Virus record (IMG/VR): IMGVR_UViG_3300025012_000003
Strand: one strand, 5' to 3'
DNA from: a virus
DNA: 64,000 nucleotides
In this document: positions 33,301 through 41,756 of the stretch, piece by piece
Layout of the letters: each line of letters begins with the position of its first letter
Position numbering within the stretch: position 1 is the stretch's first letter
Notes under the pieces: generated by a model
The model's database searches: none
What the model saw: only the letters and a program-made list of their open reading frames with translations
Told to the model about the DNA's origin: nothing
Program-made: the position numbers and the translations under genes

Positions 33301-36300
33301 ACATATCTGGAATATAATTAGATATGGTCTTTTCAATATTATTTATAAAACACCATTCTTCATATTTAAAGTTGTAAAAATAGAGAAATTTATCATCTCC
33401 ATATAATTTATAGAAGACTTCAGAATTTGCTTTACTTTTAAAATATCTTATATGACTCAACTGATTAATTCCTGTACTGTTTCAAAAGTTTCTATTCGTA
33501 TTAGGCATTCTTCTTGGGTTATTCTCTCTAGGTACCCGTCATATATTTGAAAAGTTTTTGTATCCCCTATTCTCTCCCAACTTTTAAATCTCCAATCATA
33601 CATGAAGAAATAATCATTCACTAATTGATAAAATACTATATTATGTTTATTTATGAAGTATTCCCTAATCATCCTACTAGCTCATTCATTGTTAATAAAC
33701 TGTCTATCTCTTCTTCTGTTATTTCATACATGTCATCGTTGTCTATTAAGCTATTTATAAAACATTTATAGAGGTCTTTGCTGACTGTGTTTTTTCTACC
33801 TTCTTTGTCGTATATCTCAAGACCACATCTCTTATTTCCTACACAATATCCAATACCAACCCACTCATCTTTTTTAGGATTAAAGATTATAGCCACTTTA
33901 ATATCTTTAGCAGGTTCATAATAAAACTTACTATTAAACTCATCTCTTTTGGGAATATGATTAAGTTTTATCATTGCCTTCTCCAAACAAATATCTTATT
34001 GGGATTTTAACAGCGTAGGCTATATCTTCCTGTATTTTATCTATCATACTGAGTTCGTAATAATTTCCCTCTTTAGGTTTAGCTACTAACTCTATCATTA
34101 CCAAAACCGACTCTACTTCTTCTGGAGTTAATTCAAAAACAGTTGATGGATGATGTTCTAAGAAATTTTCAAACTCATAATCCATCCATGCTGACCTATG
34201 CCATTCCCCCTCTCTCAATATATACACAGTGCTAGAAGTACGAAAATTAGCTTCTCGCCTTTTGTAGAAAACAGGATTGTTGTGGTCGTTATCTATATTT
34301 TTATAATATCTACATTTATCCATTAAATTTAGTTCTTATGTTATCTATCTTATTCATTAATCTATTAATAATACTTTTAGTTTTTATAGGGTTTACTTCT
34401 AGGGGTTTCATAGGAATTATAGTTATCCTATTTAACTCTGCCATCATTTCTGATATAGTAAATCCAACTTCATCTTGGTCTACTAGCTCTCTCATAATCA
34501 TAATGGAGTTAGCTTCTTCTTCAGTTATTTCTATAACTTTAGTTGAATCTTGAGATAGATATGTTTCAAATTCCGCTAAACTCCAAATAGAATCTTTCCA
34601 AATATTATCCTTTTGACAAACTACGACTCCTCGTTTATCTACTTTATACAAAGTAGGACAAGATTCAAATTCTATATCTTTGTAATATCTACATTTATTC
34701 ATTGTTAAGCATCTAGTTCTTTTCTTACTTTTTCTACCAAGGGTTTCACTAAATGATACATTCCCATTTTCTTAGCAATTGCTTCTAACTCGTCTACTAA
34801 GACTCTAATAACTCTTTCTAATTTTTCTACGTTCATCCTATTAACTCCATCATACTTTGTTGTACCATACATTCTTCTTCCGTTATAAGTTCTGAAGTAT
34901 AACTAGAATGATAATGTTTGTTATACCCAGTTTCTGCTATCAACTCTGATAAATTGTACCATTCAAAACTTATAGCCCACTGCTTACCAGTCCATATATG
35001 AAATATACTTTTATGGATAGTAGGGGTATATTGTATTAACTTAACTTTATTTATTTTATAGTCTAACATGGTAACTTTAAAATATTGACTCATATTATCC
35101 TTCAGTAATAAAATCCAAGGCTACTCTAAATACCGTTCCTATGACTATCCCAAAGATTAAATTAGGACAATGAGATGGAGTGAATACACAAATTAAAAAT
35201 ATTATACCTAAAGCTATCGCATACCAAGTATAGATAGCATATTTAGTATTAAAGACTGGAATGGGTTTAGCCAAAAACTCTTTTATTTTATTCATTACAT
35301 TTTACCTATTAAATTAATTACAAACAACATGGCTAATATTATTAACATCATACCAAGCATTTGTAATGGTACTAAGATTAATGCTTCCACTTATTCTTTC
35401 TCCAATTCTTTTGTTATATTCTCAAAGAGTTCAGAATCTTCTATATTGAATACATTTCTTTTAGGGTCAAGATTAGAAATAATTTGTCCGACTCTAAGAT
35501 AGGGATGCTTACGTTTATACTGTCTCAACTTATTAAACAACTCATCTATCTTTTCTTCGTCAAACCTAAAGTTGTAATCTTCTTGGTGTTTCTTCATTCT
35601 TCACAAGCTCCGTTTTCCCAGTCAGCTAATATTAACTTGCTTCCAACTTTATTTTTGACACACGTATTTGTATGAGATTCCGTGTGAACATCCTTATCTG
35701 TCGCTATAACACAGTAATTTCCGTCTAAGAAAGAATGACCATACGTTATAGACTTAACTGTTTCTGGGTAAGTTGCTTCTTTTAACATTAGACATTCTTT
35801 AGGCATGTGTTCTATTCCATAACCTATTAACACAAATATTGATAGAAAAAATACTAATCCTAATATTACACTAGCTCCATTATTATCATTTCCAATATTT
35901 CTTTTTATTCCCATGATATTTCTCCTTTATAATAATCATAGCATATCTTTAACAATAAGTAAAGTATTTATTAAGATTAATTTACAAGTTCTTCCATACT
36001 ACGGAGAGTAATCATTTCATCATCTGTTAATTCAAATACTTTAAAGTCATTCCAGTACCAATAAAAAGTACTCATAGTTTTACTTTTTTCATAATCATGA
36101 GGTTTATCTAAAGTATCGTTATTATTACAATAGTATCTGAATTCTATACCCGTTATATAAATATCTTTATTAAATCCTCGTTTATGTTGTAATAGATAAA
36201 GTTTATTATCAAGAAAAGAATATTTATTATTCTTTTCTTTACTATCGTCAGGAAATATTCTTATCATGATACCAATTCTCCCATAGCTAAATAAGCTAGA

Positions 36301-37940
36301 TATTCTTCTTCGGAAGCTTCTCTGTACTGCCTAGAATAATATTTTAATAATTCCTCTAAAGTATAACTATGACTTTTATGTAAGTTACCTATCCCATCAA
36401 TGTAATAAAGTCTTCCTTCTTTCTCAACGTAGAATTCAAAATATCTAGCACCCACTTTATGTGTGAAGTCTTCTCTTATCATAGCATATCTCATGATATT
36501 AATTCTTTCATCATTAGTAAAGAACGTAATTCTTCTTCTGGATTATCCGTTTCTGGTTCATAAAGGACTCCTTCATATTTTTGACATTCGTGTGGATGAT
36601 TACTGTCATGAAGATAGCACTCCCAATTGTCTTCATTTATAAATTTGAAAGTTCCTGTCTGATGCCAAATACCATTATAGTCTCTCTTAGACTCTATTTG
36701 ATAAGAAACTAATTTGAGTCTTTTTATTAAGATGGCTTTTTCAAACTCTTCATACAAAAGATAATATGTTTTATTATAATCAAAGCTCCAAGCCTTTCTT
36801 AATAAGTCATCTATCTTTTTCATTTTGTAAGTTCTTTCATATATCTTCCTAAGTCTACTTTAGCATTTATCTCTTCAGAAGTCAATCCTCTATCAATAAG
36901 TTCTTTTTCTATAATCTCATAGTAACATTCTAAATCATAGTACTCTCTATTCATATAAGAACTCATACCAGATAACTCATTATCTATCCAAACTAAATCA
37001 GATAATAAACTATCACTTGTCTGTTCTTCTATGTCTTGTAACATATTAGGCACCTATAAGTTCTTCCATAGATTCAAGACTTCTTAAAGCATCTTCAAAC
37101 TTACAATAGATTCTGGGTAGGGTCTTTACAAGATTGAAAACTTCTTTACCTGCTAAATATGGATTTCTAAAAGCATAGTTCCAATAGTTAAAACTTGGAT
37201 TAGGAAATGGAAGACCTACATAATATTCTATATTATTTTTATCGTCAAATCTCATTAAATAATTATTGCCTTTTATGTTAGCTAAAATATACTCTTCTCC
37301 GAGACCTAATTTTCTAGCAATATCATGTTCACATTCTACCCTATAGTATATATTCCAAATGTTATCAATGCCAGATAACCATTCATCTAATTCTTTAGAA
37401 GTCTTGTTAGGTTTATAAATATTATCCATAGTACTGTCCCTATCGATAGAAGTATCAGAGACATTACCCTCTTTATCATATAAATAATGAGATGCAATAG
37501 CAGAGAACTCAAGACCCTCTTCCTTTTTAATTAGGTCATAGTACTCTTTGTCTACTGTATATGTTTTATATAATATATGAGAACTATACATTAATTTACT
37601 TAATCTCCAAAATCATGTATGTCCGACCAATGTATAGTAGCTTCGATGGGTTCCTCATATTCTTCTTCGTTATTAATCATAGCTTATCTCCTTAGCGTAC
37701 TAACTCTGTCATGGTTATTATTTTAGTACAGTCTCCTTCTGTTATTTCTTGTACCTGATTTACTTTTACCAATCTTTTTATTTTATCTGATATCCTATCA
37801 TAAGGAACCGACTCTGCAAGAACTGTCCAATTATTTCTTTTATAATCATACATATAGGTATAGTCATCTTCATCTACTTTATATAAGTAGTATCCAAATT
37901 CTAAATGGAAACTATTTCTTGGTTCTTTATAATATCTCAT
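30331..37940 (-). CDS. Array of small ORFs, 14 with a terminal MxEL tail, 2 with an internal copy, interspersed with membrane/secreted ORFs
   Basis: ORF track and shared C-termini. Confidence 0.85.
31858..32367 (-). CDS. Membrane-anchored or secreted protein, surface-adhesin-E-like fold
   Basis: N-terminal hydrophobic helix; VDANSVK..AWEK..YDCD pattern. Confidence 0.4.
   Translation of the reverse strand: MNKKYIVLYIVGVLISSITASAITDYLHARKHVKPSVIKSQIVAKPEEKVAFKDPVWIPIKGTNVEVDANSVKTSKHVTGYVNKPNLVEAWEKLSVSVYETVVVYVVYDCDSATTALIVGRRYDSKNNEIGQGFDYMGNKDAFLDFKTNWKAIPPDTTAYTTAKVLCGK
32393..32869 (-). CDS. Protein with an H-x3-R-x2-ER (RelE/DUF4258-like) domain and C-terminal TM
   Basis: HLMNRFQERHDINL...RIYKVK...IVIV...FVTTY; hydrophobic C-terminus. 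Confidence 0.45.
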   Translation of the reverse strand: MASKKRTNSQYLFANKDKTPQRNRLLHLMNRFQERHDINLSKLDIDDMFSQIDTGKAELISRFGKTTRIYKVKCRNKDIVIVCKGKGDTRYFVTTYKLEQKHLDILEQKRKHAEEIRKHIMVEDEDYQIENKPVKIIASLILIFVVLVLTFSVLAIIL

Positions 37941-37946
37941 AATTTT

Positions 37947-38010
37947 AGTATAACAAAAATAGAGAAGGCAGTCAATACCTTCTCTTTAATAATTAATATA
38001 ATGTTACAAA
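37947..38010 (-). promoter_or_regulatory. Terminator/promoter cassette ending the tRNA operon and starting the next operon
   Basis: AGAGAAGGTA-TTGACT-GCCTTCTCT hairpin with T run; -35 37975-37970, 17 bp, TATACT; TGTTACA box. Confidence 0.75.
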
Positions 38011-38066
38011 CTTTGGAGGAAGCACAATAAGCTAATTTTAGTAAAACACAATAAGCTAATAAAAAA

Positions 38067-38140
38067 TGGAGCGGGTAGGGAGAATCGAACTCCCTTCATC
38101 AGCTTGGAAGGCTGAGGCACAACCTATATACCATACCCGC
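38067..38140 (-). tRNA. trnG: tRNA-Gly(TCC)
   Basis: TCAGC-CTTCCAA-GCTGA anticodon arm, encoded CCA. Confidence 0.9.
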
Positions 38141-38147
38141 TTAATAA

Positions 38148-38230
38148 TACAGGTGAGAGGATTTGAACCTCCACGCTTTTTAAGGCACGAGTGTCTAAAA
38201 CTCGCATGTCTACCATTCCAACACACCTGC
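38148..38230 (-). tRNA. trnL: tRNA-Leu(TAG)
   Basis: CGAGT-TTTAGAC-ACTCG, long variable arm. Confidence 0.9.
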
Positions 38231-38242
38231 ATAGTATATAAA

Positions 38243-38316
38243 TGGCTGAGGAGATAGGAATCGAACCCATATTCACTGAGTCAAAGTCAGGTGTCCTGCC
38301 GTTAGACGACTCCTCA
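38243..38316 (-). tRNA. trnQ: tRNA-Gln(TTG)
   Basis: CTGA-CTTTGAC-TCAG, CCA. Confidence 0.9.
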
Positions 38317-38327
38317 ATAATTAAAAA

Positions 38328-38402
38328 TGGCTCCCTCGGCAGGACTCGAACCTACAGTCATTCGATTAACAGTCGAACGCTCTACCATTGAGCTACGAGG
38401 GA
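38328..38402 (-). tRNA. trnN: tRNA-Asn(GTT)
   Basis: TTCGA-CTGTTAA-TCGAA, CCA. Confidence 0.9.
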
Positions 38403-38408
38403 ATAAAA

Positions 38409-38480
38409 AGCCCTTTGTCAGATTTGAACTGACAACCTTCATCTTACAAGGATGTTGCTCTACCATTGAGCTAAAAGGGC
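38409..38480 (-). tRNA. trnT: tRNA-Thr(TGT)
   Basis: CATC-CTTGTAA-GATG. Confidence 0.9.
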
Positions 38481-38483
38481 AAG

Positions 38484-38558
38484 TGGGTGGAAGGACGGGA
38501 CTCGAACCCGCTTTGCTTCGTTCACAGCGAAGGATATTACCCATATATGACCGACCAC
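38484..38558 (-). tRNA. trnH: tRNA-His(GTG), two acceptor-stem mismatches
   Basis: CTTCG-CTGTGAA-CGAAG; G-1/C73; CCA. Confidence 0.8.
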
Positions 38559-38559
38559 A

Positions 38560-38633
38560 TGGCGGAACTATGGGGATTTGAACCCCAGACTTCTCGCAGA
38601 CAACGAGTAGTTTTACCCCTAAACTATAGTTCC
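38560..38633 (-). tRNA. trnD: tRNA-Asp(GTC), unusual U37
   Basis: CTCG-TTGTCTG-CGAG; GGAACTA/TAGTTCC; CCA. Confidence 0.85.
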
Positions 38634-38640
38634 AAATATA

Positions 38641-38713
38641 TAGATACTGAGAGACTCGAACTCCCGACTTCCTCCGTGTAAGAGAGGCACTCTACCGACT
38701 GAGTTAAGTATCC
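38641..38713 (-). tRNA. trnV: tRNA-Val(TAC)
   Basis: CCTCT-CTTACAC-GGAGG. Confidence 0.9.
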
Positions 38714-38714
38714 A

Positions 38715-38790
38715 TGGTCTAGGTGGAGGGACTTGAACCCCCGACTCCCTACGTCCAAGGTAGGATTTCTACCAACTGAATTACACCTAG
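38715..38790 (-). tRNA. trnP: tRNA-Pro(TGG)
   Basis: CCTAC-CTTGGAC-GTAGG, CCA. Confidence 0.9.
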
Positions 38791-38801
38791 ATTATAATTA
38801 A

Positions 38802-38875
38802 TGGTGTTTCCTAGAAGAGTCGAACTTCTGTCTAACGCTTATGAGGCGACCGCTCTGCCGTTGAGCTAAGGAAAC
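38802..38875 (-). tRNA. tRNA-Met/Ile2(CAT)
   Basis: CGC-CTCATAA-GCG; identity (elongator Met or lysidine Ile) not resolvable by eye. Confidence 0.8.
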
Positions 38876-38876
38876 A

Positions 38877-38954
38877 TGGTAGCAGGAGTTGGATTTGAAC
38901 CAACGACCCCCAGCTTATGAGACTGGTGAGCTAACCAGACTGCTCTATCCTGCG
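38877..38954 (-). tRNA. trnM: tRNA-Met(CAT), initiator-like C1 mismatch
   Basis: CGCAGGA/TCCTGCT with C1:U72; CCAGT-CTCATAA-GCTGG lacks the three G-C pairs typical of fMet. Confidence 0.8.
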
Positions 38955-38960
38955 ATAATA

Positions 38961-39034
38961 AGTACCTGATTGGATTTGAACCAACGACTACAGAGGTTGC
39001 AACTCTGCCCCTTAGACCACTTGGGTACAGGTAC
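38961..39034 (-). tRNA. trnC: tRNA-Cys(GCA)
   Basis: CAGAG-TTGCAAC-CTCTG; U73. Confidence 0.9.
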
Positions 39035-39035
39035 A

Positions 39036-39110
39036 TGGTGGGAGTAGTAGGTACCGAGCCTACCTCTGGTGCTTTTCAGGCACCCGCTAATCCATCTCAG
39101 CTATTCTCCC
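39036..39110 (-). tRNA. trnF: tRNA-Phe(GAA), non-canonical T-loop
   Basis: GGTGC-CTGAAAA-GCACC; T-loop CTCGGTA; CCA. Confidence 0.85.
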
Positions 39111-39111
39111 A

Positions 39112-39197
39112 TGGTGCGTTGGGAAGGACTCGAACCTCCAAGTGATTATTAGTCGGGTGGGTTACAGCCACCTGCCATACCGTTAGGCGACCAACGC
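39112..39197 (-). tRNA. trnY: tRNA-Tyr(GTA)
   Basis: GGTGG-CTGTAAC-CCACC, long variable arm, CCA. Confidence 0.9.
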
Positions 39198-39202
39198 ATA
39201 TT

Positions 39203-39272
39203 TGGAGACAGTGGGAATTGAACCCGCTACAACGTCTTTGCAAAAGAAGTCCGCTACCTCAGCGTTATCCCC
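39203..39272 (-). tRNA. trnA: tRNA-Ala(TGC)
   Basis: GGGGATA/TGTCTCC with G3:U70; TTTGCAA loop; short D arm. Confidence 0.8.
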
Positions 39273-39274
39273 AT

Positions 39275-39545
39275 GACGGGAGGAGTTACCCTCCCCGACT
39301 TCTAGGCTACGAGAGCCATTTTACGTCCGAAATCTAAAGACACTGTGTTGTTTCCGTTTGTTGTTTTTGCTATTTTTAAAGAGAATGCCCTCTTACTTGC
39401 GAGTTTATCCCTACCTACCACGTCTAATCCACGCACCCCCATGGTGGAGGTGAAGGGAGTCGAACCCTTGTCCGCAACAGACATCAATAAACCTTCTACA
39501 AGTTTAGTCCAATTTGAAGAGTAGGACTTCTCACTAAATTTTCAA
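39275..39545 (-). ncRNA. ssrA: Circularly permuted (two-piece) tmRNA: acceptor piece ~39545-39442, 1-nt spacer, coding piece 39440-~39275
   Basis: GCGGACAAGGGTTCGACTCCCTTCACCTCCACCA precedes GGGGGTGCGTGGATTAGAC; stem with G3:U70; tag frame ...GNNTVSLDFGRKMALVA-stop at 39302. Confidence 0.85.
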
Positions 39546-39552
39546 GGTACAA

Positions 39553-39723
39553 TTACTTTGTTTTGTATTGAGTTCTTCTGTATTTTTTCCAGCTTCTTCT
39601 TACGGTGTGCCTTGCGTTCTCTACTTGATGCCAAGGACAGAAGGAGCAGGAAGCGAATTTTCTTTTATAGTATTTTTTATAAACACTATTATTAGTAGTT
39701 GTTTTAAAGTCTTCGCTTTTCAT
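39553..39723 (-). CDS. 56-aa basic CxxCxxH protein (not in ORF track)
   Basis: MKSEDFKTTTNNSVYKKYYKRKFASCSFCPWHQVENARHTVRRSWKKYRRTQYKTK; AGGAG SD. Confidence 0.65.
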   Translation of the reverse strand: MKSEDFKTTTNNSVYKKYYKRKFASCSFCPWHQVENARHTVRRSWKKYRRTQYKTK

Positions 39724-39799
39724 TTCTTGTATCTCCTGAGTTATTATCCTCAGAGATTATTTAATTCTTTTTTCATGATTGTTTCCTCATATTTAATAA

Positions 39800-39832
39800 C
39801 AAAAAAGAGAGGTTCTTTTTTTGAGAACCTCT
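39800..39832 (-). terminator. Intrinsic terminator-like hairpin
   Basis: AAGAGGTTCTC-AAAAAAA-GAACCTCTC followed by TTTTTT. Confidence 0.65.
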
Positions 39833-40095
39833 TGAAGAAATCTTTTCTTTTGTATCGTTGGAGATTAGTCATCTCCTCCGTAAGAGGTTTTTGTTCTCAT
39901 GCCTGTGCAATCCACGCTATGTCCTTCAAAATTAATTGACGGATTCGCTATGGTATAATTTTGTTGTAGCATGAGTTCCATTTTATTTTCTTTCTGACCC
40001 GTTAAGGGTATCATCTTTTCTAATTTGAGTCCTAAGTATTTGTTACTCGGTATGAACTTAGGGATAACCGAAGATAGTTTTTAGTTGCGTAGCTA
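39833..40095 (-). ncRNA. Candidate structured noncoding RNA or leader upstream of the tRNA operon
   Basis: No convincing ORF; CTCATGC/GCATGAG long-range stem; CCTCT-TACG-GAGG, GGAGAT..ATCTCC and ACCC-TTAAC-GGGT hairpins; ends at a terminator. Confidence 0.4.
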
Positions 40096-40181
40096 TCATA
40101 ACAACAAATATTTGATTTTCTAATTATAATATAAAGTAGTGTTAAAAAAACTATTATATTTTTTCTTTACTCTATATAACC

Positions 40182-40210
40182 ATTATATCATGAGATGAAT
40201 TCTTTGTCAA
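40182..40210 (-). promoter_or_regulatory. Consensus sigma70 promoter upstream of the ncRNA/tmRNA/tRNA operon (late-type motif also at 40120-40135)
   Basis: TTGACA-17-TATAAT exact; TTTATATTATAATTAG downstream. Confidence 0.75.
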
Positions 40211-40224
40211 GTATTTAATTTAAA

Positions 40225-41265
40225 TTAATCGGTAAATCCTTTTTCCTTTAATTTTTTAATATAAGAAGTGTCCAAGTATTGAATATCTATATTATCTCTT
40301 GTGGCTCCTAACCTTCTAACATTTTGATTTAAAAAATTAAGTAAAAATTCAGTATCATCTAAGTCTCTCGTTGTTTCTGATAAACCTGCGACTTCCCATA
40401 ATTTTGTATAAGAGGAGATAATAATTTGATAATTCCATTTTCTTGGAGTCAACGCTTTCATAGCGACTTCATGAAATAAATCACCTCTGAATAGATAAAC
40501 ATTTCCTTTATCATCCACGAGTCCTCGAACTTCATCAAATTGTTTGAACATTTTATTTAATTCATTTGGGGAAGGATTAACAAAAATATCGGCTTCTCCG
40601 TTACCTCCCCTAGCTGTTGTTACATAGTCTTCATGAGTATCATTAATATTTAATATGACTTTAGGAGTAATAACTACAGCTTCCCAGTCAACTCCAGAAC
40701 GCTTATATAAATCTTTTAGATTGGAGATTGAAACACGTTTCTCTATATACGTTAAAGAAGGATGGTACTCTTCATTATACTTTACCCAACCATCAAGAGG
40801 TACTACTACACCATCTTTTAATTTAAAGAATTTTTGGAAATCCCATTCATATTTCCAATCTGCTATATCTTTAATCAGATATTTTAATCTTTCATTACTT
40901 CTTTTTATGGAAGCATCTCTATTTAAACTATTACTACTATGGTCAAAAAATACTACTTTAGTATCACTTTCTACCAGACCTGCTGTTAATCCTTCAGTAT
41001 TTAAATCTTCTATCTTATTAATCATATCATCGTGAAGAGCTAATCCCCCAACCCACATATATAAGTCATCATTACCATCTATAAAATATCTAAGTCTAAA
41101 TTTTTTATCATATTTGTGTCTACTATTATCATTATAACCTATTTTTACTAATGCCCTAAAATCACTGGAGGTAGGATTTTTAAACACTTCCACTTCTTTA
41201 GAGTAGTTACTTTTAACTACTCCATAAAATTCTTCTGTTATCTTTTTAATTTTCTTTAAACTCAT
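40225..41265 (-). CDS. Putative virion-internal protein with two VFKNPS-family domains and basic leader
   Basis: MSLKKIKKITEE; VFKNPT..LRYFID..LYMW..LH and IFVNPS..VRGLVD..VYLF..FH. Confidence 0.55.
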   Translation of the reverse strand: MSLKKIKKITEEFYGVVKSNYSKEVEVFKNPTSSDFRALVKIGYNDNSRHKYDKKFRLRYFIDGNDDLYMWVGGLALHDDMINKIEDLNTEGLTAGLVESDTKVVFFDHSSNSLNRDASIKRSNERLKYLIKDIADWKYEWDFQKFFKLKDGVVVPLDGWVKYNEEYHPSLTYIEKRVSISNLKDLYKRSGVDWEAVVITPKVILNINDTHEDYVTTARGGNGEADIFVNPSPNELNKMFKQFDEVRGLVDDKGNVYLFRGDLFHEVAMKALTPRKWNYQIIISSYTKLWEVAGLSETTRDLDDTEFLLNFLNQNVRRLGATRDNIDIQYLDTSYIKKLKEKGFTD

Positions 41266-41718
41266 TTATCCAATCACCCATTCAACTTGTTCTGGAGAAT
41301 ATCCAAACCTAGACACATCAGGGTCTGATAAGAAATCGTTAGTAAGTTCTTTTACATCTTCCTCATCTTCAAATTCTTCTTCGTCCCTGTATCCAAGTAT
41401 GTTCATGTAAAGTTCTATCTTATCAGGAAACATTTTCCCTTGAAAGGTATCAGCTTCCATTCTTTTATAGTCTTCATCATCCATAACACTTCCGTGTAAG
41501 ATTCTACCATCCCAAACATACAGAGCATCACCTATGGTAAATCTCACGTATCCAAATTCTTTAAAAAGTTTATATAGTTCTTGTTTAGAGGGATTTCTAA
41601 AGATATCTACATTAGTGTCTCCTTTAAGACCACTAACCATAGCAGTCATAGAGTTTCCTTTCACTAAAATAGATTTATAATACTCTTCTGTTATCTTTTT
41701 AATCTTCTTAAGACTCAT
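41266..41718 (-). CDS. VFKNPS-family protein with identical leader (probable start 41718)
   Basis: MSLKKIKKITEEYY; IFRNPSKQEL..VRFTIG..LYVWDG.ILH. Confidence 0.6.
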   Translation of the reverse strand: MSLKKIKKITEEYYKSILVKGNSMTAMVSGLKGDTNVDIFRNPSKQELYKLFKEFGYVRFTIGDALYVWDGRILHGSVMDDEDYKRMEADTFQGKMFPDKIELYMNILGYRDEEEFEDEEDVKELTNDFLSDPDVSRFGYSPEQVEWVIG

Positions 41719-41740
41719 TAAATATATTTCCAATAGTAAT

Positions 41741-41756
41741 CTATTTAAAATATAAA
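41741..41756 (-). promoter_or_regulatory. Late-type promoter motif TTTATATTTTAAATAG
   Basis: Directly upstream of the two MSLKKIKK genes. Confidence 0.55.

Noticed and set aside
38066-38681. ORFs overlapping the tRNA array (38066, 38314, 38327, 38487)
   Set aside because: Artefacts of GC-richer tRNA sequence.
39302-39487. 61-aa ORF in the track as a protein gene
   Set aside because: It spans the tmRNA T-arm, CCA and tag frame; only the tag part would be translated, in trans.
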